Below are positions 41,551 to 63,657 of a stretch of DNA of 64,000 bases, in pieces. The translations under genes and the position numbers were made by a program. Below the pieces are notes generated by a model. That model worked only from the letters and a program-made list of their open reading frames with translations, had not been told where the DNA came from and did no database searches. Source of the DNA: Octopus vulgaris (taxonomy: Eukaryota); NCBI GenBank assembly GCA_951406725.2, contig OX597828.1:620001-684000 (forward strand), in the 5' to 3' direction. The first letter of the stretch is position 1, and the number at the start of each line of letters is the position of its first letter.

Positions 41551-44500
41551 TCATGTCATAAGAGGTGGCTAGAATGTTTGTCAATAGCAAGAGCAATAGC
41601 ATCCATAAAACCCTAACTCAAAATAGAGAGCCATGATATGTACTAAAATACAGAAGTTTCTCATGGGCCTACAAAACTAAGCCCTTCCTTAAAAAGGAAA
41701 CTGCCTTAAAATGTTTGCTGTTGTTGTTATTGTATAATTATTATGAAATAATATGGTACTATCTTTATACTAAAAGTTTTCCAATCTCTAAATTTCCATT
41801 TCTGTGACTAGAATCATTTTAAACACTACTTACGGTCAGACATGGCCTGTAATAGAGAACTGCTCTAATTTAGATAGTAATGTAACTTCCTCTCCCAACA
41901 CACACAATCATCCTTGGCCACACCCATCTAATTGACTCAATTATCAACAAACTACATCCCTTCACTATTATAGCTGTTTCTTCTTCCTGCTTCTGTTTTT
42001 GGATTGGTTAGGCTACATATCCTTTCCTCTACTGAAACCCACTTTCCAATGTTACGCTACCCAGGATCACTTGACCCCTCTCCAGTAAATCTTACTATTC
42101 TTACTCCAACGCCACAAGGTCTCTCTACTCAGGCCCACGTACCTCTCTTTATCACATTTCATTGTGTTTTCTTTTTCAAACTCCACACTAAGCCCTTTGT
42201 TCTCAAGACTGCAACTTTAACTGCTTCCCTTGTTCCTGTAAACCTTAATCTACATAACATTAACTCTGTCTATCTCCTTAGCCACCCAGGTATCACCACT
42301 ATATACCTGTAAACACCTACACATCATTATCCAATGCAGGTGGTGGATTTGCTGTTAAAGAATTGAGCAAAAGATGGCTTTTGTGTTCTCATAAGATAAT
42401 GACATTGGCATTAAGCTGTAACATCCCAAAGGTCTTAGCCTTCAATAACATCAGCAGCATGAAGCAAAGAGGCTTGCATGTACTGGCAATTACCAGTCTT
42501 CCTCATTAAAAAGGCAAAAAAGATATGCACCAGCAACAGTGCTGCAGCAGTTTAGCAGACGATCAGTTTAATCTGGTAGATAAGGATAAAGGTAAAAGTC
42601 CTTCCTGACCCATACAGTCTCATGAGGCTGGTTTTCCAGAATCTCTGGTGTACATACTCCTCACTGGATAATGGTCCATTGCAGGAATACTCAATTTTGC
42701 CAGCTGAGTGGAACAAAATGCATCACCCAGTTCAGGAATTGAAACCACAATCACACAATCATGAGTCCAACACCCTAAGCCATGTACCAACCGAAACATT
42801 CCGGTAACAGCAATCATGTTTATTTACCAGACATAGTGTATTAAGGACCACAATGTCTAATATTTCTTTTTGTAAGACTGTAAGGATATAATTTGAGGAC
42901 AATTTGATTGCTATTTCTACTAGGTTGCATGGTCACATCGTGGTCCCTTGTTGATTAATAGCAGTGTAAACACAACAAAAATATTTTTATTTTTATATGA
43001 AGTGCAGGCAAGGCTGTGTGATTCAGAACTTTGCTTCCCAAACATGTGGCTTGGGTTCAGTCAACTGCATGGCACCTTGCACAAGTGTCGTCTACAGGAG
43101 TCTTGAGTCAACCAAAGCCTTGTGAGCATATCTGGTAGATGGAAACTAAAAGAAGCCCATTGTATATACGTGTGTGTGTGTGCATATGTATGTTTGTTTA
43201 TAGTTGTATTTCATGAATAATCACTGAGCTGCATGTGGTAATGTTGTTATCTCCTTTATCCACTGGCTCTACACTTTTGAAGTAGTAGAAGAGGTACTTT
43301 ACTTGATAAAACAGACAAGAGTTAGTGAGAGAAAGGGTTCGTTTAACCCAAGCTAGCATGGAAAAACAGATGTCAAAATGAATGAACAAATTAACTGAGT
43401 TCAAAGAATGGTCTGGTCTTTGATGAGACAACTGGAGAAACTACTTCATTGAATTAAACCCTATCCTCCACCCACACTCTTACTTCCTCTATCCCACCCA
43501 ATTCTACTTACTTCATACCTTGAGGGACCACCTGAATACCTCATCACTACTTTTTATCTCTTTACAGCTCTTACTGATCCTTGTCACCTTCTCCCTTAAA
43601 TGTGAGAAGCCATGTTGCTTCTCTAGAAGACTCTGACCCCACCCCACCATTCATAGTTTAACCCTTCATCTCCTAGAACAACGGCCACCACCTTGGTGTT
43701 GGCAGCCTTGCATGCCACATGGTAACCTCATTAGTCCTGGAATCCATTGGATCCCATCAAACCATCCATACCATGCCAACACGGAACATGGGCATTAGCT
43801 AATAATGAAATGCAACACAAATACTAAAAGGTCTTCAGAGTGTCACCTAACAATACAAAAAGGTTGTGTAAAAAAAATATCCATTACCAATTAATTTTTA
43901 TCAAGTAATCTTGTATTATCTGCTAAATTCTCTACCTTAATCACCCAAGGAAAAACTGGCTGTACATTATCCTAATCTCAACATGGTGTTGACAACAAAG
44001 GGGAGAGTAACCCTTACTCTAAGATGACCACACAGGTTGTAATGATGGAAGATTGGGGGTGGGTGGGTTTAAGAGTGACTTTATTTCTTAAAAATTTGGA
44101 AAATTTATAAGTCTGTGGGTGGGACAGGGGGAGCAGAAGACAGAAATGGAACAGTACTTCCAAATTTGGAGAATTGATGTGAGGAGGGAGGTGGGAGAAA
44201 ACAGCAACAAAACAAGAACAAAAAAGGGCAAACAACAAAACAGAAAAAAATTACTGACTTATGAAATAATTATATCTTATAACGAATGGAAATCCTCAGG
44301 AAATTTTTGGGTTCCTATGTAAGAATTTTGTGTTTCAGGAGGAAGTGAAGAGGCTGGAACTATTAGATAGCAGGTCAACAATTTATATCCTGTCAAAGGC
44401 ATTGCATTATAACTATGACCCCAGTCCATCTAAATGTAAATAAGTAGAATAAGCTAGGAATAAATTGTTGAATCTGTGGCTAAAACACATTAACAGACAA

Positions 44501-44970
44501 ATGGCACAGTCCACCTAGATGTAAATAGGTATTACAAGATAAGAGTTGTTGAATTTGTTGTCAAAACACTTTAACTGACAAGTAGGGCAGTCCACTTAGC
44601 TGTAAATAGGTACCATAAATTCAAAGCAACTCTCCATAACATTGGTTTCAAACTGGAAAGCCTTCTATGATGGTGCTACTTGGAGCTAATCAAAAAGAAC
44701 AGCAATCAATTGACATGTAGATAGGTTGTGTACTGTAGTAAAAGCTCTACCTACTCACAGCACCTATTAAATGCTAGGTGGAATGCACTACATATAGTTC
44801 TGTGTATTGCTCCAAGGCTACATGATACCCCTAACTGCATACAAACTGCGGACTGTTCTAAAACTAGCCTAACACCCCTGATTGCCTACAAAGCTGTGTC
44901 AGCACTCAGTCATTCCAGCTAGCTGTGAAGCTTCATTACGTGTAAGAAACACAAAGAGAATACATCTTAC

Positions 44971-45078
44971 TTTCTAGATTCTTCATATTCTATTTGCTGT
45001 TTCATGAACATGGCATTCTTCAGGAGATCTTGAATGTTCTGGAAATGGACATTACTGTTCTGCATAGCATTTACAGCA
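44971..45078 (-). CDS. BORCS8: BORCS8 internal exon, 108 nt
   Basis: ctctcttgtag|...|gtaagat. Translates (N)AVNAMQNSNVHFQNIQDLLKNAMFMKQQIEYEESR (human AVKNL..S..YF..V..LLKQA). Phase 2 in, phase 2 out. Confidence 0.93.
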
Positions 45079-45776
45079 CTACAAGAGAGAGAAAAAGACA
45101 AAGAAAGACAACGAATGGGTTACAGACAAAGAATATATAACAAACATACTGTAAAGCAGTGAGCACTTCTGTGACCGACTTACTAATGCAATTTCACTGC
45201 AACTGTTTGAACATTAGTGACTGGTGAGAGTTTATAAGCCTCAGCAGTTTTTCTTTTTTTTATTGATTGTACATCTGAATAAAGGGGTCTCTTGTATTGT
45301 TGTTGTTTGATCTTTCAAGTTCAAAGCAACTCTGCTTTCTGAGATTCGCCAACACTACACCTGATTTCCTCCCCTCCATACACACACAAGCATGTATCTG
45401 ACTCATACATTGTTCGCTTTCCAAACATTTGTACATTACTGCATACACTTTATACGCACCTTTTGACAAGTTGTGGTGCACCTGAGCACTGTATACAATA
45501 ATTTCATTATTATATTATAACATTGGTTCCAAACTGGAAGGCCTTCTATGATGGTGCTACTTGGAGCACTTTCAAGTTCAATTCTTCAGTTTGTCTATAA
45601 ATTTATGTTTCATTACTGCTAGTTGTTAAAAGAGGAGTGCTGCTCTGAGATCACAGAGAAGGTGTCCACTGGGTGAGTGGAAGATGACAAGAGGAAAAGA
45701 TAAGTGCATGTGGAGGGGGGGGGGGTAGGAGTTCAATTAGAGAAACACAGTAAAGATAACAACATTGTTTACTTAC

Positions 45777-45841
45777 TTTTTAGCATACTCTGCATCAAAA
45801 CAGGCACCTTGAACATTTTGATGGATTTCTTGGACTTCATG
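45777..45841 (-). CDS. BORCS8: BORCS8 internal exon, 65 nt
   Basis: tcttctccag|...|gtaagt. Translates HEVQEIHQNVQGACFDAEYAK (human ...QGAIYTVEYA...). Phase 0 in, phase 2 out. Confidence 0.93.
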
Positions 45842-46347
45842 CTGGAGAAGAGACACTGAGAGAATTAAACAACACACACACACACACACACACAAATAAA
45901 CATTCGCATACACATATATACATACTCATGTGATAGGATTCTTTCAGTTGTTATCAACCAAATCCATTCGTAATGTTTTAACTGGCTCAGGGATATAGTA
46001 GAAGACAATTGTCCAAGATGCCATGTAGTGGGACTGAACCTGGAACCAAGTGGTTGGAAAGTCACAGCTAACCTATTGTATAGTTGAAGCAAAATTAACA
46101 ACTGGTTCTCCCTCATATCACACCCAACCACCCTAAAAGAAAGGGAAGAGCCAATAGCTAAAGTGGTCCTAGTCCTAGCTACAATATGAATGGGCACTTG
46201 CTACCAAACCAAGCACCAACCTGACCTCACCACCACCACCACCACCATTACTCACTATGCAGCAAGAATGCCTTTGCTTATAGATTTCCTGGCTCAGGAC
46301 TGAACTGAGACTAACCAACAAGACTTTCGGAAAAATCTCTGTCTTAC

Positions 46348-46460
46348 CTTTTGCTCTACCAGTTGTGGAAGAGACTTGCGGACATGTTCTTGAATTCGGA
46401 AAAATGCTAGGGAAGGTTCATTTGTGATAATGTGAAGATTTTCAGAGAATCGTTCGCTCA
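46348..46460 (-). CDS. BORCS8: BORCS8 (BLOC-1-related complex subunit 8) internal exon, 113 nt
   Basis: tttgaacag|...|gtaagac. Translates (V)SERFSENLHIITNEPSLAFFRIQEHVRKSLPQLVEQK, matching the BORCS8 signature NEPS.A..R.QEHVR.SLP.L recalled from the human protein. Phase 1 in, phase 0 out. Confidence 0.95.
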
Positions 46461-48789
46461 CTGTTCAAAAAGAGAAAAAGAAGAGAATTTTCATATAATG
46501 ATACTAAACTAGAAATTGGTCCAGACTGCAGGAACTAAAAGTTATTTAGACTATCAAAATATTTTCATCAGTGATGCATTCAGAAATTATCCAGAAGTGC
46601 TCATGTAAATAAAGGTATCCCTAGAGAGCACCATACAATGGAGACAAGCACAGTCTGAACATGTAAAAACACTTTTTGCTTCATTATCTTCATGTCAAAA
46701 TAAATTAAATATCATTTGAATGTTCTGGATGTGAACTTTCATATACTTTTAATTAAAATCTAACAATTACAGATCATGTCAGGGTCCCTCAAACATCCAG
46801 ATATTTCCATGCATTTACAAAGTTTGTCCTTTTTTTTACTACTGAACAGTAGCCCTTGTTCTAGTTCAATGCAGGGGAGCATTATAACTTGAGTTGTGTT
46901 GAAGATCATACAAACATGAAGAGGAATATTTTGGCTTTATTTTTATATAAAAATCAATGGAGGTAGGTCTGACAATTGTTACAAAATTTAAAGTGAAAAT
47001 TTTATCATTTTCACGTAGAAAACATATTTTCTTCAAGATTTTTATAACATGAGAAAAAAAAAATTGTTGCAAATTCAATATGGTTAATGATAAATCTGGC
47101 CACAATATGGTGAAAAAGTTGAAAGTTAGTAAAGCGGGTAAATACTGACAATACTTGCCAAACTGACATATTCACACACACAAGTCCAAGGTTTCAAATA
47201 TCAAGTTTCAGCTAGAATCTCAAGACATGGATTAACTAATTACTAAGTAAACATATACTTCAACAAAAGATGTCCTAAATTGAGCCCAAACTTAGCATAG
47301 AAACATCATATTGATAATGTCTGTTCCCTCTTGTTGTTTCAATGTGAGGAGAGCTGATAAGGTGAGCCTCAAAGATATTCTTGTACATGTAAATTTTGTT
47401 TCTTTTTGAGAAATATTGGTCAAATTTCACCAATAAAAATTATATTGTGCAATGAATATCATTTTACAGACTATTAAAGTCAGAACCTCTGGGATTCTTT
47501 TCTGATTTTGAACACAGTCAGATGATGTGTGTTAGTGTTTACATTTTGGGTTTTATTTTTCTCTCTTTCTCTCTCCTACAAATGAATTTGCTGTAAGTTA
47601 CAGATGTTTTCTCTTGATTAAAGCAAGGAGTTACTTTTTTTACATGCAATTCTGGGATAAGTAATGTGTGGTCGTGGGATGTGCTAGAAACAACAGCTAA
47701 ATCTCACTTAAACCACACATCATTTCATTTCAAAGTATTTAAAATTTTTGTTGTTGTTTTTGTTTTTACTGAAAAGGCTTCTGTCATTTTTAAGTGCATA
47801 GTGCAAAAAAGAAATTGGCCAAAATCGGTCTGGAGGGGAGGGGAATCATAAATTTTCAAAACTTCTTTTCATTTCCAAGACCATGATCCAAGAAAAGAAA
47901 AATAGAGAAAATCCAACATATGTCAGAGTCCTGATTCAAAACTCTGTCACTTGTAAGAATTTTTGAAAGGCCATTAAAATTTTATCTAAATAATTTGTCA
48001 CAAAATTTCAGGATTTATTTAGTTCTATACTTACTATAAATGTGGCTTGTACTTTTGGATTTAACTGTTGACTGTTTGAGTCAGATAGCAAAATAGGCTT
48101 TACATAAATATTTTTAAAAATTGACAAAAAGTAGGCAACTGCTATGAAGATGATTATCACCTCCATTTCAAAGATATGACATCACAAATATGGCTAATTA
48201 TTCATTTTGGACCAATTAGGCAAGATTTCAACCAATTTGCTGACCACTCAAATTGTCATATTTCCCAAAATATTCATCCAAATTTCACAAATGAGGTATC
48301 AAAATGCTTCTTTTTGGATGTTCTCCAAGAAAAAGTAGAAATTACATGAAAATATTTTTAAACATTTATTGTGATGCCCAGTAAATGTATCCCACACATG
48401 CTGTGTATATATCACTAAAATAAATCCTGGGAACAATGTAATCAACGAAATACCACAAAGGGGTGCTCCAGCATGGTCGTATTCCATAACTGAAACTAGT
48501 AAATGCAAAAGAACAAAAGGTAAAACTCAAAAACATAGGAATGCATGTAGTAAAATCAACAAAATGCCTTTTGTTTGTTTTGAGTCTTCAAATTCAGAGG
48601 TTTCTTGCTGGAAAACTAGTTAAGGATTAGCAACAAGAAGAGCATCCAGCTGTAAAACAATACTTCAATAATAGATGCATATAACCCAAGCTAGCATGGA
48701 AAAACAAACATAAAAGTCAATCAAATGACCACACACACACAGAGGTTTGTGTGTGTAAATGTAGAATATAGACCTCTTAAAGCACTTAC

Positions 48790-48879
48790 CTTTACGTGCT
48801 TTGTGTTCAAGTTCAGGTTCAAGGTTCTCTCTGATAGACTGACTCCCTCCAGAGACACGCCTCAGTAAGCCGTCACTGC
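48790..48879 (-). CDS. BORCS8: BORCS8 exon, 90 nt, N-terminal region
   Basis: tattcccag|...|gtaagtg. Translates SDGLLRRVSGGSQSIRENLEPELEHKARK(V); EPELEHKARKV aligns with human EPEMQLKGKKV. Phase 1 in, phase 1 out; no ATG, so an upstream coding exon is needed. Confidence 0.88.
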
Positions 48880-49087
48880 CTGGGAATATAAGAAATTACA
48901 ATATCAACAACAACTAAGATGAGGTTGGTACCGACAGTGATGCTGGTAATGAATTTTATTTTGTTTTAATGGCATAGCCAGCAAGAAGGTGGCTTCCCCA
49001 ATAGCCCAAGGCCAACCAAGACCTTGTAAGTGGGTTTGGTAGGTGGAAACTGAAAGAAGCCCACTGTGTGCATATATATATATGAAT

Positions 49088-50207
49088 ATCATCATCATCG
49101 TTTAACGTCCATTTTCCATGCTAGCATGGGTTGGACAGTTCAACCGGGGTCTCAGAAGTCAGGAGGCTGCACCAGGCTCCAGTCTGATCTGGCAGTGTTT
49201 CTACAGCTGGATGCCCTTCCTAATGCCAACCACTCCATGAGTGTAGTGAGTGCTTTTTACGTGCCACCGGCACAGAAGCCAGTCAAGGCAGTGCTGGCAT
49301 CGGCCATGTTCAGATGGTACTTTTTATGTGCCACCGGCACAGGTATCACAACAATTTCCATTTGATTTTTATTTTGATGTTGATGTAATTGACTCAATAA
49401 GGTCTCCTCAAGCACAGCAGGTTGCCCTACGATCCAAGGTGAGCACAACAGGCCATCCTGTGATCCAAAGGTACTTTGGATGGGCTGCTATGTGAAGCTT
49501 GTGCAGGAAACAGCCATGAACTCAAATTATTTGTTGGGTCTTCGCAGTCACAGCATATCTCCAGAGATCTCAGTCTTTCATCATTGCCTCTGTAGTCATG
49601 CTTGACCCATGTCTTCCTGGGTCTATCTCTACCCCAGATTCCTTCAACTGTTTGGGAGTGGCACTTCTTCACACATCTCTCCTCATCCATCTGTAGTACA
49701 TGACCATACAAGCACAAACGTCTCTCTTGCATGCCACATCCAATGCTTCTTATGTCCAACATTTCTCTCAGGGTGCTTATACTCTGTCGTGTGTGCACAC
49801 TGACATTACACATCCAGCGGATCATGCTAGCTTCATTTTTTTCAAGCCTACGCATGTCCTCCACAGTCACAGCCAATGTTTCACTACCGTGAAACATGGC
49901 AGTTCACACACATGCGTCATACAATCTACCTTTCACTCTGAGTGAGAGGCCCTTATCACCAGTAGGTGTAGAAGCTTTCTAAACATTGCCCAGGCTATTC
50001 GTATTCTAGTGGTGACACTCTCTGAGCACCCACCTTCACTCCTAACTTGGTCACCTAGGTAGCGGAAACTATCAACTTCTAGTTTCTCCCCCTAGAGTGT
50101 GATGGAATCTGTTTTCTGAGTATCTATGGTGTCTATTGCCTCTGTGCATCTGCTGCACACGAAAGCTATCTTCTCGGCTAATTTTCCTTTGATGTTGCTG
50201 CACCTCT
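49088..50207 (-). mobile_element. RTE LINE 3' fragment
   Basis: HGSETLAVTVEDMRRLEKNEASMIRWMCNV...RRLCLYGHV...RPRKTW, followed by the 3' UTR and (GAT)n. Confidence 0.88.
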
Positions 50208-50242
50208 TATGCATCCATATATATATATATATATGAATATAT

Positions 50243-50617
50243 ATCATCATCATCATCGTTTAACGTCCGTTTTCCATGCTAGCATGGGTTGGACTGTTCA
50301 ACTGGGGTCTGGGAAGCCAGGAGGCTGCTCCAGGCTCCAGTCTGATCTGGCAGTGTTTCTACAGCTGGATGCCCTTCCTAACGCCAACCACTCTGAGAGT
50401 GTAGTGGGTGCTTTTTATGTGCCACCTGCACAGGTCCCAGACAAGGCTGGCAAACGGCCACGATCGGATGGTGCTTTTAACGTGCCACCGGCACGGGGGC
50501 CAGATGAGGCTGGCAACGGCCACAATCGAATGGTGCTTTTTACGTGCCACCGGCACAGAGGCCAGTTGTGGCGGCGATGGCAACGGCCACGTTCAGATGG
50601 TTCTCTTACGTGTCACC
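50243..50617 (-). mobile_element. RTE 3'-tail element
   Basis: Near reverse complement of 19540-19903, including the internal ~60-bp subrepeats. Confidence 0.8.
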
Positions 50618-50679
50618 ATATATATATATATATCTCATATGTATATATATATATATATATCATATGTATAACCCTAACC

Positions 50680-51490
50680 CTAATCTAGAAACATGAGCGT
50701 TCTCAAATAATCTTTGTACATGTGATATTTTGCTGTTTTCCCTCCATATCTATGTGAATTATTTTTGAGTAAACACTATCTGGGAGACTTTTCTTAAAGT
50801 AATAGAAATGGCTAAAAAAACTTTTTGGCTGCTATTTCTAAAAATTTCAGTATGTGGCAAAGTAAATTATTTTACTGAGCCCTAATATATAACGTAATAT
50901 TTTGAATATGCGTTGAATGGTCCTTTTACATTACTTGGTGAAATTAATTAATAATTAATTGATTTTACCCTTAATTATTGATAATACAATTCCTTTCTTC
51001 CTGTTCTTTTACTGCGGTTCTCACCGTTATAATCTGTTTACTCTATAACTCACGTACTGTTTGAATTTGCTGGCACTGGCGGTTTGGAGATGTTTGTCTG
51101 AGGTGATTCATGTCGGACAGGTATGTTCAGTTTTTTAGTGCTTTCAAATCCAAATCAAGAAATGTTGAGTTTTAATTCGACTAATCTAGAAACGTGAGCA
51201 TTCTCAAATCTTTGTACATGTGATATTTTGCTGTTTTCCCTCAATATCTATGTGAATTATTTTTGAGTAAACACTATCTGGGAGACTTTTCTTAAAGTAG
51301 TAGAAATGGCTAAAAAAACTTTTTGGCTGCTATTTCTAAAAATTTCAGTATGTGGCAAAGTAAATTATTTTACTGAGCCCTAATATATAACGTAATATTT
51401 TGAATATGCCTTGAATGGTCCTTTTACATACTGAACACTACTTGGTGAAATTAATTAATAATTAATTGATTTTACCCTTAATTATTGATA
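50680..51490. repeat. about 300-bp direct repeats (50680-50983, 51181-51490) around a 200-bp unique core
   Basis: Period 501 bp, few substitutions and small indels. Confidence 0.92.
51054..51111 (-). CDS. BORCS8: candidate first coding exon of BORCS8
   Basis: ATG at 51111, MNHLRQTSPNRQCQQIQTV, then a phase-1 donor c|gtgagt that fits the 48879 acceptor. Lies in the only non-repeat island upstream. No homology support. Confidence 0.4.
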
Positions 51491-51554
51491 TATGTATATA
51501 TATATATATATATATCATATGTATATATATATATCATATGTATATATATATATC

Positions 51555-51644
<90 letters not shown>

Positions 51645-51662
51645 TATGTATATATATATATC

Positions 51663-51708
<46 letters not shown>

Positions 51709-51712
51709 TATG

Positions 51713-51752
<40 letters not shown>

Positions 51753-51755
<3 letters not shown>

Positions 51756-51902
51756 TCATCATCATCATCATCATCATTGTTTAACGTCCGCTTTCCATGC
51801 TAGCATGGGTTGGACGGTTCAACTGGGGTCTGGCAAGCCCGAAGGCTGCACCAGGCCAGTCAGATCTGGCAGTGTTTCTACAGCTGGATGCCCTTCCTAA
51901 CG
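51753..51902 (-). mobile_element. short RTE 3'-tail element
   Basis: (CAT)n followed by tttaacgtccgctttccatgctagc... Confidence 0.75.
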
Positions 51903-51948
51903 TGTATATATATATATACACATATATACATATACACACACACACACA

Positions 51949-52119
<171 letters not shown>

Positions 52120-52141
52120 TGTGTTTTTTTCTCTCTGTGTA

Positions 52142-52179
52142 TCTTTCTGTTGAAGAGCGTAGGCTCGAAACGTTAAAGA
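52142..52179 (+). ncRNA. minimal hammerhead-like motif in a Penelope-type terminal fragment (52118-52280)
   Basis: tcttt-CTGTTGA-A-gagc gtag gctc-GAAAC-GTT^aaaga; A6U core variant, ACGT palindrome. Confidence 0.55.
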
Positions 52180-52276
52180 CTTGTTTTATTTATATTTCCT
52201 GAGCGCCATACTAATACAATTGTTTGTTTGTTTTCCACCTGCCTTCGTCTTTTGTCTATTTTCATAAAGCTTCCCG

Positions 52277-52336
<60 letters not shown>

Positions 52337-52355
52337 TATGTATATATATATATGT

Positions 52356-53541
<1,186 letters not shown>

Positions 53542-53557
53542 TGTATATGTATATATA

Positions 53558-61156
<7,599 letters not shown>

Positions 61157-61244
61157 TAAGGGTGAAAAGGAACACACGAGTTGATATATATGAAAAAACA
61201 AGTCAAAAATAGAAAATGCTAAAATAATTTTATAGTGAACATTT

Positions 61245-61282
61245 CAGTACCGGTTTCGGTCATTTTGAGACCTTTTCAACTG
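61245..61282 (-). ncRNA. hammerhead ribozyme, inverted copy of 63136-63173
   Basis: Exact reverse complement. Confidence 0.75.
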
Positions 61283-61546
61283 TAACGATTAAATAATTAA
61301 ATTTAGAAAAATTAGAAGAAAAGTTTTTTTAAAGGAATATTTCTATAGTAGTGTTCAGATTTAAGTGGCATTCTGCCTTTCTCTGACTCCCTTGTTTGCA
61401 CTTGTGTGTTGGAGGTCGTTGTGAGTTCTTGGTAGGGTAGTAGAGGAAGAAGGCTGATGAGGAAAGGGGGTGGGAGAATCTGGGAGTGCCAAAGGGGGTG
61501 GGAGAATCTGGGAGTGCCAAAGGGGGTGGGAGAATCTGGGAGTGCC

Positions 61547-62407
61547 ATTAAGAAAGCTAATAATATAATAGAAACATACATATATTATAAGCCTACAGAC
61601 TCTAAGCAATATCTTCCATTCAATTCATGCCACCCCAGACACACCAGGATGAATATCCCCTTCAACCTAGCAAAAAGGATATGCACTATAGTCTCGAACG
61701 CAAACACCAGAGACACAAGACTACAAGAACTAAAAGATACCCTTATCACCAGGAACTATCCACCTTCACTTATTGACAAGTGCATTCAACATGCCCTTCA
61801 ACTTAACATCAAGGAACTGAGACATCCCAAATCAAAGAAAAACTTACAACCAAAAGCCTTACCATACATCTCCACACACAACCCTCTCAATAACGAAGCC
61901 TTCGACACCATCCTCCACAACATACCCCTCCTAAAAAAAGACCACAGAATGAACACAATCCTCCAAACACACACGATCATAAAAAGCAAGAGACAGCCTA
62001 AATCCATGAAAAATCTCCTAACACAAACCCGAATTCACTCTTCAACACAGAAGCCAACAGTAAAAAAATGTGGAAGACCCAATTGCGGGATATGCAACTA
62101 TCTAATTGAGGGATCAGAGTTCTCCTTCAAACAGGGACAACGGTTTACAGTGAAAAGCAACTTCACATGTGCTTCGGAGAACCTAATATACTCACTAACC
62201 TGCTCCGGGTGTCAAGAGCAGTACATAGGCCAAACAAAAAATAGTTTGCGTAAACGAATGGCCCTGCACAGATCCCAGATAAAAATTCCCCAAAACAGAA
62301 AAATAGCTTTTAGCCAACACATAGATACTTGCGCCAACAAAAAAACACCAAGCTTCAGGATTTTCCCCCTCTACCAATTTAGGGACGATACAACAGACAA
62401 CGAATAA
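61547..62407 (+). pseudogene. Penelope RT thumb, Cys-rich linker and GIY-YIG endonuclease fragment
   Basis: YYKPTD...SCHP...IPFNLAKRI, CGRPNCGIC, NLIYSLTCSGCQEQYIGQT...LRKRMALH. Confidence 0.92.
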
Positions 62408-63135
62408 GTAAAGAAACTCTCTTCATTGCAAAATACAGGCCACGACAAACAATTAATATACCTCAACTTTAGAATAAAAAAAATATTCACAAATATTACA
62501 TTCCAAAGAATCCATTACTAATCACAGCTATAATCCATAATATGCCAACTTCAAGTCATACAACACCTCACTACTTTAACCCATTCATATTCTCCCTTCT
62601 CTGTTTTTCTTCTTCTTCCTCTTCTTCTTCATCATCATCATTATCATCATCATCGTCGTCATAATCATCACCACCATCACCATCATCGCCATCTTCTCCT
62701 TCTTCTTCTTCTTCATCATCATCATCATCATCAACATCGTCATCATCTTCTTCTTCTTCTTCTTCTTCTTCTTCTACTTCTCCACCTTCTACCCCTTAAC
62801 TTTGTCACTAATGTTTTTTAGTATAACACCTACGCAAATTCTATAAACAAGCCTTTCAATAGAAATATTCTCCTGAATTGAACTGCGACTGCCAGCCGCC
62901 ACTGACCATTCAAAATACAACCATCAGGGCACTCCCAGATTCTCCCACCCCCTTTCCTCATCAGCCTTCTTCCTCTACTACCCTACCAAGAACTCACAAC
63001 GACCTCCAACACACAAGTGCAAACAAGGGAGTCAGAGAAAGGCAGAATGCCACTTAAATCTGAACACTACTATAGAAATATTCCTTTAAAAAAACTTTTC
63101 TTCTAATTTTTCTAAATTTAATTATTTAATCGTTA

Positions 63136-63173
63136 CAGTTGAAAAGGTCTCAAAATGACCGAAACCGGTACTG
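63136..63173 (+). ncRNA. minimal type I hammerhead ribozyme, U3-A8 variant
   Basis: cag-TTGAAAA-ggtc tcaaaat gacc-GAAAC-CG-GTA^ctg; palindromic ACCGGT; lies in the Penelope terminal repeat. Confidence 0.75.
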
Positions 63174-63222
63174 AAATGTTCACTATAAAATTATTTTCGC
63201 ATTTTCTATTTTTGACTTGTTT

Positions 63223-63278
<56 letters not shown>

Positions 63279-63337
63279 GTATATATATATATATATATGT
63301 ATATGTATATATGTATATATATATATATATATATATC

Positions 63338-63379
<42 letters not shown>

Positions 63380-63420
63380 TATGTATATATATATATATAT
63401 CATATGTATATATATATATC

Positions 63421-63456
<36 letters not shown>

Positions 63457-63509
63457 TATGTATATATATATATATATATATATATCATATGTATATATAT
63501 ATATATATC

Positions 63510-63543
<34 letters not shown>

Positions 63544-63657
63544 CATATGTATATATATATATCATATGTATATATATATATATATATATCATATGTATAT
63601 ATATATATATCATATGTATATATATATATATCATATGTATATATATATATATATATA

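Larger units (their letters stand above)
61157..63227 (+). mobile_element. 5'-truncated Penelope-like element (Neptune-like) with an inverted copy of its 3' terminal repeat
   Basis: 61157-61487 is the reverse complement of about 62927-63227; flanked by (TA)n. Confidence 0.92.

Noticed and set aside
51021-51030. Alternative minus-strand donor (ataacg|gtgaga) for BORCS8 exon 1
   Set aside because: In-frame TAA five codons upstream with no ATG in between.
51160-51205. Possible hammerhead (aatgtt...GAAACGTG agcatt)
   Set aside because: No CUGANGA-like box, and a GUG triplet is not cleavable.
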